Shown: positions 36,434 through 46,200, counted from the first letter of the stretch. The stretch: 64,000 nt of DNA from Bacillota bacterium (GCA_009780375.1 WRAD01000001.1:48228-112227); one strand, 5' to 3'. Numbers and translations are program-made. Notes: generated from the letters alone by a model not told the origin.

Positions 36434-37999
36434 ATGACAACACCAAACACAGGTATGCCTATTAAAAGGAAAACTCTTGAAAAGATTATAGAACTTAAGA
36501 ACCTTTCAAAAATATTCGGCAAGACAACGGTTGTCGATGATATAAGTCTTAATATTGTACGGGGCGAGTTCGTGACATTACTTGGCCCAAGTGGGTGTGG
36601 CAAGACAACGCTTTTGCGTATGATAGCAGGGTTTGAAACACCAACAAGTGGTGGTATTTATCTTGAAGGTAAAGACGTTACAAAAATCCCACCGTATAAT
36701 CGTAATGTAAACACTGTGTTTCAAAAATATGCACTCTTCCCGCATCTAGATGTACATGGAAACATAGCATATGGGTTAAAGCTTAGAAAAATATTATTAC
36801 CTGAACAAGAGATAAATGAAAAACTTGAAAAATTAAGACAGAAAAAATCTGAAGAAGTTGTTGCAAAGACAGAAGAGAGATTAAGAACACGAACAAGACT
36901 TTATACAAAAAAAGAAATTAAAGCAAAAGTAAATGATGCATTAAAACTTGTCGGGCTTGAAGACTATGGACACAGAGATGTTGACAGTTTATCAGGGGGG
37001 CAGCAACAACGTGTTGCAATCGCAAGGGCATTGGTAAATGAACCACGTGTTTTGCTTCTTGATGAACCACTTGGTGCACTTGATCTTAAGATGAGAAAAG
37101 AAATGCAAGCCGAACTTCGTCGTATGCATAAAGAACTTGGGATAACTTTTATTTACGTTACCCACGACCAAGAAGAGGCACTTACAATGTCAGATACAAT
37201 AGTTGTAATTAACGACGGAGAGATTCAACAAGTCGGAAGTCCACAAGCAATTTACGACAAACCTGCGAATGCATTTGTCGCCGACTTTATAGGCGAAAGT
37301 AACATTCTAAGTGGAATTATGCTTGGCGACAACTTGGTTAAATTTCTGGGAAAATCGTTTAATTGTGTATCAAAAGGTTTTGCCAAAAACCAACCAGTAG
37401 ACATAGTAATTCGCCCAGAAGACATAACCGTTCATGTTAAAAAGAGTACCAAAACCCAGCTTAACGGAAAAGTGATTTCTAATACTTTCCTAGGGACTTT
37501 TTTCGAAGTGGAAATTGAAGTTAACGATGGCGAGTACCAGTTCACAGTGCAAACAAATCAAAATATTGCACTTGATGCCATAGTTGGCCTTGAAATAAAA
37601 CCTGAGAACATACACATCATGGCAATGGAGGCAACAATCAATGAAATTGAGGCAGAAATGACCGCAGGTGATTGGGTAAAAATTGCAGGAAAAGAATTCG
37701 AGGTAACCCCACAAAATGATGCCAATGGTGAAGAATTTGGGAAAGGGGATAGAGTAACCGCGTTTATTCCGTTTGATAAAATTGAACTTACCGACGATGA
37801 AAACGATGGAACGGTTGGTGGATGGGTGACACATACTCTTTACAAAGGTTCATATTACCAGGTAAAAGTTTGGACCGATAATGACACGTTGTTTATCATT
37901 AACACACAGTACGAATGGGATATCAACGATAGGGTAGGTATAAAAATCTTACCTACAGATATCCGCATACAAGCCAGAGAAGACCTTGATGTAGGTTAG
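36434..37999 (+). CDS. potA: Spermidine/putrescine ABC transporter ATPase PotA (enlarged)
   Basis: Walker A GPSGCGKTT, signature LSGGQQQRVAIARAL, Walker B LLLDEPLGALD. SD AAAGGGGG before the ATG at 36434. About 40 aa of charged insert and a long C-terminal domain. Confidence 0.85.
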   Translation: MTTPNTGMPIKRKTLEKIIELKNLSKIFGKTTVVDDISLNIVRGEFVTLLGPSGCGKTTLLRMIAGFETPTSGGIYLEGKDVTKIPPYNRNVNTVFQKYALFPHLDVHGNIAYGLKLRKILLPEQEINEKLEKLRQKKSEEVVAKTEERLRTRTRLYTKKEIKAKVNDALKLVGLEDYGHRDVDSLSGGQQQRVAIARALVNEPRVLLLDEPLGALDLKMRKEMQAELRRMHKELGITFIYVTHDQEEALTMSDTIVVINDGEIQQVGSPQAIYDKPANAFVADFIGESNILSGIMLGDNLVKFLGKSFNCVSKGFAKNQPVDIVIRPEDITVHVKKSTKTQLNGKVISNTFLGTFFEVEIEVNDGEYQFTVQTNQNIALDAIVGLEIKPENIHIMAMEATINEIEAEMTAGDWVKIAGKEFEVTPQNDANGEEFGKGDRVTAFIPFDKIELTDDENDGTVGGWVTHTLYKGSYYQVKVWTDNDTLFIINTQYEWDINDRVGIKILPTDIRIQAREDLDVG

Positions 38000-38033
38000 T
38001 TGTACTTAAATTCTAATTAAAAGGGGGTTGACC

Positions 38034-38858
38034 ATGAAACAAAAACAAAAAAAAGAAAAAGCAACAAAGCAAAGAACTTCTTTTCGTCCAAATAACAAAG
38101 TATGGTTCGCCGCACCCTTTGTAATTTTTCTTATGCTTATGGTCGTTATTCCTCTTGGACTCTTGTTTTATTATGCATTCGCAAGTGACGGTGGGGCAAG
38201 TGCAAACTTTGGACATGTGTTCGGCACAACTGGATATATGAGAATGATTGGAATCTCGTTAGGGATTGCTTTGTTTGCCGCAACAATTGCTGTTCTTATT
38301 GCCTATCCAATTGCCTATGGACTAAGTATGGTTGGATTTAAACGTGTACCAACTATATTATTGCTCTTTATTGCTCCTATGTGGATTAATTTGTTGCTTC
38401 GGTCATTTGCACTTGATCAATTTTATGAACTCATAGGTCTTGGACGTGGGTTTTGGGCATTGATAATCGCACTTGTCATTGATTATCTGCCGCTTGCGAT
38501 TTTACCAATGTATGTCGCCCTGAGTGGCATCAATAAAAAATTCATAGAGGCAAGTTACGACCTTGGTGCAACCAGAGGACAGATGTTCAGAAAAACCGTA
38601 CTGCCTCTAAGTGTTCCTGGAATAATTACAGGATTTTTGCTTGTATTCACTCCTGTCATGTCAACATATTTCTTGTCAATGTATTTTGGCACTAATGAAA
38701 CTCGAATGATAGGTGAAATGCTTAACGTATATGTTGAAAATCATATCCTTGGTATTGCTTCTGTAATTGCGATGGTTATCCTTGTAATAATTCTGTTCGC
38801 GTTTATTGTTGCAAATCGCCTTTCTAAAATTGGCAACAAGAGAGGTGGAGTATGGTAA
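38034..38858 (+). CDS. potB: Spermidine/putrescine ABC transporter permease PotB
   Basis: Six-TM permease with an EAA-like loop (IEASYDLGATRGQMFRKTVLPLSVPG). GGGGG SD upstream. Confidence 0.85.
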   Translation: MKQKQKKEKATKQRTSFRPNNKVWFAAPFVIFLMLMVVIPLGLLFYYAFASDGGASANFGHVFGTTGYMRMIGISLGIALFAATIAVLIAYPIAYGLSMVGFKRVPTILLLFIAPMWINLLLRSFALDQFYELIGLGRGFWALIIALVIDYLPLAILPMYVALSGINKKFIEASYDLGATRGQMFRKTVLPLSVPGIITGFLLVFTPVMSTYFLSMYFGTNETRMIGEMLNVYVENHILGIASVIAMVILVIILFAFIVANRLSKIGNKRGGVW

Positions 38859-39664
38859 AAATCAACACACGTAAACTTGTTTATACCGCATTTATCTTTC
38901 TTGTCCTTGGCATTATTTATGCACCTATCATCCTCTTATTTGTTTTCTCTTTCTCAGAAACACCGATTCTTGATGTGAATAATTTTAGACCAGGAACAGG
39001 TTTATATGACGAATTATTTAGAAACAGTGACATAAGAGAAGCGGTGATAAATACGTTCGTCATTGCTATTGTGTCGGGTATAACCGCAACATTCATAGGA
39101 ACGGTGGCATGTGTCGGCATTTTGGCTATGCGCAAACGAAGTCGAGGGTTTGTAATGACACTTAACCAAATCCCACTTATTAACGCAACAATAATTACGA
39201 GTTTTTCTTTGGTCCTTTTGTTTACGACTTTGGGGATGTTCAATATGGGATATATAAGACTTATACTTTCCCATACATTGCTATGCCTTCCTGTGGTTGC
39301 ACTTGTTGTGTTGCCAAAACTAAGAAGCCTTGATCAAAACCTCTTCGAGGCCGCACAAGATTTGGGTGCAAGACCACTTAGGGCGTTATTTACCATTATC
39401 ATTCCACAACTCATTCCTGCTATGTTTATTGCATTTATTCTTGGCTTTACATTTTCACTTGATGACTTTATCATAACGCAATACAATAACGATGGTGTTC
39501 GTACCATATCAACACTTATTTATTCTGCAAGGCCGGTTATTCCGCCTGTATTCCGTGCACTTAGTGCAATGATGTTCGGTTTTGTTGTCCTTATGGTCAT
39601 CGTGATAAACGTTGCCATGTGGCGTCAAAATAAAAAGAGAAAAAAACTTAAAGGAGGTGCTTAG
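38852..39664 (+). CDS. potC: Spermidine/putrescine ABC transporter permease PotC
   Basis: EAA loop FEAAQDLGARPLRALFTIIIPQLIP. The start overlaps the potB stop. Confidence 0.85.
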   Translation: MVKINTRKLVYTAFIFLVLGIIYAPIILLFVFSFSETPILDVNNFRPGTGLYDELFRNSDIREAVINTFVIAIVSGITATFIGTVACVGILAMRKRSRGFVMTLNQIPLINATIITSFSLVLLFTTLGMFNMGYIRLILSHTLLCLPVVALVVLPKLRSLDQNLFEAAQDLGARPLRALFTIIIPQLIPAMFIAFILGFTFSLDDFIITQYNNDGVRTISTLIYSARPVIPPVFRALSAMMFGFVVLMVIVINVAMWRQNKKRKKLKGGA

Positions 39665-39666
39665 AA

Positions 39667-41112
39667 TTGAGCAAAAAAGTAATTGCAATTGCAATGGTTG
39701 TCATTCTTCTCGTCGGTGGAGGATTGACCGCATGGTTGGTGACGCGAACACCAAGAAGAGATATCCTTAGAATAGGGAACTGGGGTCATTTTTTGTGTCC
39801 AGATCTTGTGTCTGAATTCCAGGCTCATCATCGACAAGTAACAGGAAACAGAAACTTTCGTGTACGCGTGCAAGAATTTGCTGCAAACCAATCAATGTAT
39901 ACCGCACTTAGGTATAATCGATCTGACCATGATATTATGGCACCATCCGATTATATGATTGAAAGACTTATCTCTCGTAATCTTCTTCAACCACTTGATA
40001 CAAGTCGCCTTTTCTTTTATAACCTTGACAACTATGGAAATCGTATTCCTGTCACAGGTGGAGAATACGGTGAATATGAAAGATTTTACTGGTACGAAAG
40101 CAACTTTGATAATTCGGTACCAAGTTTCTTCAAGGACCAAGTTTTTGCCGCGGCACCGACAAGAACACGAATGGTCGAAGGTGAAACCGTAATAGATCGT
40201 TTTGCAATACCATATTTCTATGGCACAATGGGCGTTATGTATGACCCAACACGAATGGTTTCTGTTGGTGGGGTATCAACCTTTGCAGACACCGATGCCG
40301 CATCCGCATGGATTGAAAATAATGGGTGGGCATCAATATGGGAGGCACAAAACAATGGGATTGTGTCATTCATCAAGCAAAATGCACGTGATACCTATGG
40401 GATTGCTCAACTTATGCTTAATCGGACTGCACTGCTTAATGCCGCAGATGATGAGGCACGTATGGAAATCATCAGACCACTTTTTGCGGATACAAGTTTA
40501 CAACAAATTACCAATGCAGAAAATCTTCTCTTAACACTTCAAGGTTCAACCGTTATCGAATCAAACGACAATGCTCTTACTCATTTCGGTAGTGGTGTAA
40601 ATACTTCAGGGCAACTTGGGCTTGAATGGAACGTATCGGCTGCGTGGGCAATGGCTTCAAACCATAATGTTCGCTATCATGTACCTACCGAGGGAACTAA
40701 CTTGTGGGTAGATTCACTTGTAATCCCAAGAAGGGCAGGAAACGTTGATGCCGCATATGCATTCATTAACTTTATTATGAACCAAGATAACGCACGTCGC
40801 AACGCGGACTTTGTAAAAGGGACAAGTCCAATTGCCGAAGTTGCACAAAATCAGTTTAATGAATTCAGTAACTTTACTCACGCAGATTTTTACAGAGAAG
40901 AGATCATTTTCTTTGACGCACCTGCAAACAATCAAGATTTTATTGATTGGAGAACAAACTTTCTTTACACAATGTTCCCACTTGAAAGTGGTTCAAATGC
41001 ACTTGACCGTGCAGGTATAAAACGCTATCTTGATCGTCATCCAGGGAACACAGATTTTGAAAGAGAAATCGTTCTTATGATGACTGCTGTAATGCTTTAC
41101 ATCGGAAGTTAA
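39667..41112 (+). CDS. potD: Polyamine-type ABC substrate-binding protein PotD-like (enlarged, TM-anchored)
   Basis: TTG start 9 nt after AAGGAGG. N-terminal TM anchor without a lipobox Cys. SBP family-1-like core in the last position of the pot operon. Confidence 0.7.
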   Translation: MSKKVIAIAMVVILLVGGGLTAWLVTRTPRRDILRIGNWGHFLCPDLVSEFQAHHRQVTGNRNFRVRVQEFAANQSMYTALRYNRSDHDIMAPSDYMIERLISRNLLQPLDTSRLFFYNLDNYGNRIPVTGGEYGEYERFYWYESNFDNSVPSFFKDQVFAAAPTRTRMVEGETVIDRFAIPYFYGTMGVMYDPTRMVSVGGVSTFADTDAASAWIENNGWASIWEAQNNGIVSFIKQNARDTYGIAQLMLNRTALLNAADDEARMEIIRPLFADTSLQQITNAENLLLTLQGSTVIESNDNALTHFGSGVNTSGQLGLEWNVSAAWAMASNHNVRYHVPTEGTNLWVDSLVIPRRAGNVDAAYAFINFIMNQDNARRNADFVKGTSPIAEVAQNQFNEFSNFTHADFYREEIIFFDAPANNQDFIDWRTNFLYTMFPLESGSNALDRAGIKRYLDRHPGNTDFEREIVLMMTAVMLYIGS

Positions 41113-41138
41113 TCAAAAAAGCAACTTGACCTAGATGC

Positions 41139-41168
41139 AAAAAACGCTTATTGGGCGTTTTTTGTTCC
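41139..41168 (+). terminator. Intrinsic terminator after potD
   Basis: AAAAAACGCttattgGGCGTTTTTTGTTCC. Confidence 0.7.
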
Positions 41169-41169
41169 A

Positions 41170-41241
41170 GTCTAGGAATTGTCACTGAGATTTTTTGTAC
41201 TATAATCTCAGCCTTAATGCACCGTATGCGCGCTTTTATTC
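41170..41241 (+). repeat. Dispersed repeat copy C5 (divergent full-length variant)
   Basis: GTCTAGGAATTGTCACTGAGATTTTTTGTACTATAATCTCAGCCTTAATGCACCGTATGCGCGCTTTTATTC. Contains a perfect 8-bp inverted repeat, CTGAGATT/AATCTCAG. Confidence 0.85.
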
Positions 41242-41275
41242 GGTTTGTAAGTTTCTTAATGGGTATAATTGAAAC

Positions 41276-42133
41276 ATGCGTCTTTCTGTAATTCTTAACT
41301 TTTTAATTCGTTCATTCTTTTTATTTTTGATTTTTTATTTATGGGGAACATTTTTTATAAATGGTTTCTTTCTAACGTTTCTTATTGCCTTTTTATTGAC
41401 ATGTATTGTTAACTATGCCTGGTTTTTCTTTGCAATTAAACGCAAAAAAAAAATAACACTTACTCGTGAAGAACTTGATCATGCCGACAAAGTTATACTA
41501 AATCTTGAATTCATGACAAAGCAAGAGACACTTGTATTGTTTTATGGTGCTTTGAAGAAAAAGTTCCTTATAAAGGATCTAAACCAAACGCAACATAAAG
41601 AACCGGACATCCAAATTCACCACGACAAAATTTCGATTAACTCATACAGGGGTGATTCTCTGGCGCCTGCCGACACAGAAAGTCCTGTTAATATTTTTTC
41701 TATGTTCCATAAAGATGTTACCAAACAAGATATAGTTAATGCAATTGCAAACACAAAAACAGGTGCGAAAACAGTGATTCTTGCAAAAATTGTCCCTACT
41801 GAACTTAAATTGTTTTTTGAACGTCTTAACTGCTCGCCAATATTTATCGAGGCGGAACAGGCTTATTCGGAAATCCTAAAACCAACACAGACTTTTCCAC
41901 AATTTAAAATCGAGGTTAAAAAATCAACTCGTTTAACACTTCGACAACTTCGTACAATTGCATTTCAACGTCGCAAAGCAAAAGGTTATATATTGGTTGG
42001 AATTCTTGTTCTTGCCACATCTTTCATCGTACGTCCGTCTATTTTCTATGTTGTTATGGCAACGATAATTTTCGGCATGGCGGCAATCTCTTTCTTTCGT
42101 GGTGGCACACCTAACAAGGGGAAATTATGGTAA
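41276..42133 (+). CDS. Hypothetical membrane protein (2 N-terminal and 2 C-terminal TM segments)
   Basis: TATAAT 6 nt upstream of the ATG. The hydrophobic termini flank a ~170-aa soluble domain. Confidence 0.55.
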   Translation: MRLSVILNFLIRSFFLFLIFYLWGTFFINGFFLTFLIAFLLTCIVNYAWFFFAIKRKKKITLTREELDHADKVILNLEFMTKQETLVLFYGALKKKFLIKDLNQTQHKEPDIQIHHDKISINSYRGDSLAPADTESPVNIFSMFHKDVTKQDIVNAIANTKTGAKTVILAKIVPTELKLFFERLNCSPIFIEAEQAYSEILKPTQTFPQFKIEVKKSTRLTLRQLRTIAFQRRKAKGYILVGILVLATSFIVRPSIFYVVMATIIFGMAAISFFRGGTPNKGKLW

Positions 42134-42171
42134 ATTCTCAGTGCTCTTAATTTGGTACAAGATAAAAATCG

Positions 42172-42180
42172 TGATATAAT
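42172..42180 (+). promoter_or_regulatory. Extended -10 (TGaTATAAT) 6 nt upstream of the tsaE ATG
   Basis: Sequence CGTGATATAATacttgaATG. Confidence 0.55.
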
Positions 42181-42186
42181 ACTTGA

Positions 42187-42681
42187 ATGAATTCAACATT
42201 TATTGTCAATTCACTCGCCGACACTCAAAATCTTGCAAAGAATTTTGCAAAAGAACTTGCAAAAAATCCCCATGCAATAATTTTGATGTATGGTGAAATG
42301 GGCGTCGGTAAAACCACATTTTCTCGATTTTTGTTAAAATCTCTTAACCATACAATAAACCCATCAAGCCCAACTTTTTCAATAATAAACCAGTACACCA
42401 ACAACATCTATCACATCGATCTATATCGTATCGAAAACCCAGACAACTTTATGCACTTGGGTCTGGAAGAAATATTCTCATCCGATGACAAGGGCAGACC
42501 AAATAATATCGTCATAATTGAATGGGCAGAAAATCTACCGCCTGAATATATGAAATCTCTTATTTTAAACGATAAAGAAACTGTACAATCATATGTTTAT
42601 AAAATTCTAATCAAAGCACTTGACGACGAAAAAAGAGAAATCACAATTGAAACACATAACGAGGTGCAAAATGCCATTTAA
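42187..42681 (+). CDS. tsaE: tRNA t6A biosynthesis ATPase TsaE
   Basis: P-loop GEMGVGKTTFSR and the conserved SPTFSIINQY...HIDLYR. Confidence 0.85.
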   Translation: MNSTFIVNSLADTQNLAKNFAKELAKNPHAIILMYGEMGVGKTTFSRFLLKSLNHTINPSSPTFSIINQYTNNIYHIDLYRIENPDNFMHLGLEEIFSSDDKGRPNNIVIIEWAENLPPEYMKSLILNDKETVQSYVYKILIKALDDEKREITIETHNEVQNAI

Positions 42682-43186
42682 AATTAATATCCCTGCCCCA
42701 ACACTTCCAACATTATCTGCACTTCCAGAAGCAATCAAGAAACCCGACTTTATACTCATTGTCGATTCGGTACATCCAGTTATGACAATAGATTTAATTA
42801 CATTGTGTCAAAACAATCCGCAATATTGGCATGCCGAATCCACTATTCAAAAACAACATGATACTCTCATCGCCACAAAGACAAGCAAATTGCTTGAAAC
42901 GGCTTGCATTTCTTTTGCTGACCTTGCTGCATATGCGGTTGTAACTGGACCAGGTTCATGGATAGGTTCTCGTGTAGGAATTACCGCAATAAAGGCTTTT
43001 CATCTTATTCATTCTCATCCAATTATTGCTGTTAACTCGATAGAGGGGCAAGGAACAGAATACTTTGAAAATCTTTGTATTGCAATTAAATCAAAATTCA
43101 GTGCCAAAGATTTCATAACATCCCAAGCCCTTGAACCATTTTATGATAAAGAATATTTGGTTAACGGTAAAGAATATAAGATGTAA
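42671..43186 (+). CDS. tsaB: tRNA t6A biosynthesis protein TsaB (short form)
   Basis: VTGPGSWIGSRVGITAIKAF matches the TsaB GPGSFTGLRIG motif. GAGGTG SD upstream, and the start overlaps the tsaE end. Confidence 0.65.
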   Translation: MPFKINIPAPTLPTLSALPEAIKKPDFILIVDSVHPVMTIDLITLCQNNPQYWHAESTIQKQHDTLIATKTSKLLETACISFADLAAYAVVTGPGSWIGSRVGITAIKAFHLIHSHPIIAVNSIEGQGTEYFENLCIAIKSKFSAKDFITSQALEPFYDKEYLVNGKEYKM

Positions 43187-43194
43187 TCTTAAAT

Positions 43195-43899
43195 CTACAT
43201 GTAAACCACTCCCAAAAATGCAAACGAGTCTACAATAAATCTTTCCCGTTCGTCTATATAACAAAAATGACCGCTTTTTTCGTAAACCTTTAACTTTGCA
43301 TTTTTTGCAAGTTTGTACCATTTTTTACCCAATTTTACAGGTGTAGCTTTGTCCATAGACCCAAAAACAAGAAGTGTGTCATGTTCAATTTGTGAAATTT
43401 GATATCGCAAATCACGTCTAATCACATTATGAAATGTAATCTTGCCATAGTCGCTCAGTTTCTTATAATCCTCACTTCCTGTATTCTTTGACACAAATTC
43501 ACGTCCAAAAATTGACGCAAGTTTTTTCCTGGCTTTGTATATAAGTATCTTTAACATTGTACGTATGCTGCGACGCTTTTTAATGCCTGCCGCACCGGTC
43601 ATGACAAGTTTTTTAAATCGTTCGGCATTACGTCTCACCAATAACACCGCAACTCTGCAGCCAAATGAATGTGCCACTATATGGCATTTTTCAACCTGGT
43701 GTTCATCAAGTTTTCTTTCTATAAATTCGGCATAATCTTCCAATGTCCATGGCTTGTCTGGTTCATTTTCACCGTTTTCACGTTGAAACATAGGCAGGCT
43801 TAAACTTATACATTTAAAGTGTTTTTCAAACATTGGTAAGATTGGTGCAAAACTGTACTCATTTCCACCCCAACCATGTAAAAACAGAATTGTATCCAT
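43195..43899 (-). CDS. Alpha/beta-fold hydrolase
   Basis: LFLHGWGGN oxyanion region and AHSFG nucleophile elbow. TATATT 5 nt upstream of the ATG. Confidence 0.75.
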   Translation of the reverse strand: MDTILFLHGWGGNEYSFAPILPMFEKHFKCISLSLPMFQRENGENEPDKPWTLEDYAEFIERKLDEHQVEKCHIVAHSFGCRVAVLLVRRNAERFKKLVMTGAAGIKKRRSIRTMLKILIYKARKKLASIFGREFVSKNTGSEDYKKLSDYGKITFHNVIRRDLRYQISQIEHDTLLVFGSMDKATPVKLGKKWYKLAKNAKLKVYEKSGHFCYIDERERFIVDSFAFLGVVYM

Positions 43900-43988
43900 A
43901 CATTAATATATAAAAATTCAATCCTGTTTGTGTTCCTGTTGAAGTTCTCGAATTGGTCTAAAAAGCGACCCAAATTAATTTCCTATTG

Positions 43989-43997
43989 TGATATAAT
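43989..43997 (+). promoter_or_regulatory. Extended -10 (TGaTATAAT) 6 nt upstream of the lspA ATG
   Basis: Sequence TGTGATATAATaaaataATG. Confidence 0.55.
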
Positions 43998-44003
43998 AAA
44001 ATA

Positions 44004-44651
44004 ATGACAAAGCAAGAACAAATAAAAAAAATAGGGAAAAATTTAAAGCCCTTTTGGCTGTTTATGCTTGTCTTTACAATTTTATTAACCATTGATCTTG
44101 TAACAAAACACATATTCACCGACTTTGCAAACCGAACATTCATACCAAACTTTATATCAATACACTATGTTCAAAACAGGGGCGTTGCCTTTGGTTGGTT
44201 ATATGGTTCATCTGCACTTATAATATCATTAACATCTGTTATGATTGTTGCAGGTGCAATCTTTTATACAATCTATCGTCATAAAAAACTTGAAATATCA
44301 AATCAAAGCGGTCAATTTGATAAACAAGAAACCTCGGCCAGCCATTCCTGTAACAAGTCAAAAAGACATATGAAAAGATTGTTTGATGTGGCTTTTGCAT
44401 TATTTCTTTCCGGTGCACTTGGCAACCTAATTGACAGAATATTCCTCGGGTACGTCCGAGATTTTATCCGCTTTGATTTTATGAATTTTCCTGTATTCAA
44501 CCTTGCCGATGTATTTATTAATTTGGGTGTTTTGTTACTTGTTATCTATTTCATAATCGAATGGGCACATGAATTAAAAAAAGGACGCACAAAATACGCG
44601 GACAAGAAAAAGGTTTGTGATTCTGTTGTTAAGGAGGGTACAAATGATTGA
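44004..44651 (+). CDS. lspA: Lipoprotein signal peptidase II (with a ~35-aa charged insertion)
   Basis: NRGVAFG and GALGNLIDR...VRDFI...FNLAD catalytic-Asp motifs. Confidence 0.85.
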   Translation: MTKQEQIKKIGKNLKPFWLFMLVFTILLTIDLVTKHIFTDFANRTFIPNFISIHYVQNRGVAFGWLYGSSALIISLTSVMIVAGAIFYTIYRHKKLEISNQSGQFDKQETSASHSCNKSKRHMKRLFDVAFALFLSGALGNLIDRIFLGYVRDFIRFDFMNFPVFNLADVFINLGVLLLVIYFIIEWAHELKKGRTKYADKKKVCDSVVKEGTND

Positions 44652-45627
44652 AGAAAATCCTAATCTTATCAAAGTTAAAAAAGGCGGAACGCGTCTTGAT
44701 ACATATTTAAAAAATCACTTTGGCGATAAACACACCCGAAGTCAAATCACAAACAGTATCAATAACGGACATACAACACTTAACGGACAAAAGGTTAAAA
44801 ACGGGAAAATAGTTGAACGTGGTGACATGATTCTTGCCCAAATTGAAAATTTTGATACACCTGCAATCGCCGAAAACATTCCGCTTGACATAATCTACGA
44901 AGATTCGCATCTTCTTGTTATAAACAAACCTAAAGGCATGATCATTCATCCTGGGGCAGGTGTTCATGGTGGAACACTTCTTAATGCACTATTACATTAT
45001 TTTGAAATTCCTTTTGTCACAGAACCTGATACAAATTATCCCACGCCTGAGACAAATAATATATCAAATCAAACAGTTGAACATTCGAAGACATTAGTCA
45101 GAGCCGGAATTGTTCATCGACTTGACAAAAATACATCTGGGCTTATGATTGTTGCAAAAACCGCTCAAACACAAGCCAAATTATCAAAAATGTTTGAAAC
45201 ACATGAGATAAAGCGTACGTATGTCGGGCTTGTCGAGGGGAGTTTGCAAGGCCAAGGTACAATAAAAAAAAACATCATCCGCGATCCAAATAATCGCACT
45301 CGCTATAAAACAGATCCTACAAAAGGCCGCCATGCCATTACTCATTACATTGCCTTATCTCACTATCGCTATGGTAACCGTCCGCTAAGCCTTGTCCAAT
45401 TTAATCTTGAAACCGGTCGTACGCATCAAATACGCGTTCATATGAAATCACTTAATCATCCACTTGTTGGTGATATTGAATACAACCATAGCTCCACTCT
45501 AAAAATAGAAGGACAACTTCTGGAATCGGTTGAACTCTCATTTATTCATCCAATTACAACCAAGCAAATGGAATTCAAAATTCAACCGCAAATGCAATCA
45601 ATAATTGCTAAACTTGCAAAAATTTAA
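44644..45627 (+). CDS. rluD: RluA-family 23S rRNA pseudouridine synthase (RluD-like)
   Basis: N-terminal S4 domain, HRLDKNTSGLMIVAK catalytic motif, GRTHQIRVH. AAGGAGGG SD upstream. Confidence 0.85.
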   Translation: MIEENPNLIKVKKGGTRLDTYLKNHFGDKHTRSQITNSINNGHTTLNGQKVKNGKIVERGDMILAQIENFDTPAIAENIPLDIIYEDSHLLVINKPKGMIIHPGAGVHGGTLLNALLHYFEIPFVTEPDTNYPTPETNNISNQTVEHSKTLVRAGIVHRLDKNTSGLMIVAKTAQTQAKLSKMFETHEIKRTYVGLVEGSLQGQGTIKKNIIRDPNNRTRYKTDPTKGRHAITHYIALSHYRYGNRPLSLVQFNLETGRTHQIRVHMKSLNHPLVGDIEYNHSSTLKIEGQLLESVELSFIHPITTKQMEFKIQPQMQSIIAKLAKI

Positions 45628-45640
45628 CGCTATGAACAAC

Positions 45641-45671
45641 AAAAAACGGTGAACCAGTCACCGCTTTTTTT
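45641..45671 (+). terminator. Intrinsic terminator after rluD
   Basis: AAAAAACGGTGAaccagTCACCGCTTTTTTT. Confidence 0.75.
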
Positions 45672-45718
45672 CTTGTACTAGGATCTCGGCTGAAGCGCAC
45701 CTTTAGGTACTTTTGTTC
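45665..45718 (+). repeat. Dispersed repeat copy C6 (3' half, joined to the rluD terminator T-run)
   Basis: TTTTTTTCTTGTACTAGGATCTCGGCTGAAGCGCACCTTTAGGTACTTTTGTTC. The 5' CTAGGAATTATCGCTAAA part is absent. Confidence 0.85.
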
Positions 45719-46200
45719 TACTTTTGTTTGAAGAACTGTGCCATCAATAGTGTCGCATTATCTTCATTCAATGATTCCAAAAGCTTGACCGTTTGTCGCA
45801 CAAACATAAATACATCAAGTTTACAGGAATTTACAAAGTTGTACAATGCCGCTGTCTCATCGCAGGTTGTTGCTGAGTGGACGTGATGTGAATTTATATA
45901 CTTGGTGAACCAATCAATATGCGAAGGGCCTAGTGCCGCTTTAAGCAACACACAAAGGTTCTCATCCACAAAAGCTTGGTTCTCTTGAAGCATTTGTTCG
46001 ACATATTCTTTTGAACCACGCATGAGTATACTCCTGTGGGGAAGATTTTTGTAAACATCTGAAAGTGTTGTCGGGATTGACACAAAAACTTCTTTATCCA
46101 GATTGTTGACAAGTTCGTACATACAGGACACGTCTGCGTCAGGCATAAGCATAAGCCATTCTTGCTTACACACAAATTGAACCATTTCTAGATTCGTCAT
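45718..46200 (-). CDS. Hypothetical protein
   Basis: 160 aa from MTNLEMV. The longer track ORF would run through the rimM promoter and start. Its TAG stop abuts the end of repeat C6. Confidence 0.45.
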   Translation of the reverse strand: MTNLEMVQFVCKQEWLMLMPDADVSCMYELVNNLDKEVFVSIPTTLSDVYKNLPHRSILMRGSKEYVEQMLQENQAFVDENLCVLLKAALGPSHIDWFTKYINSHHVHSATTCDETAALYNFVNSCKLDVFMFVRQTVKLLESLNEDNATLLMAQFFKQK

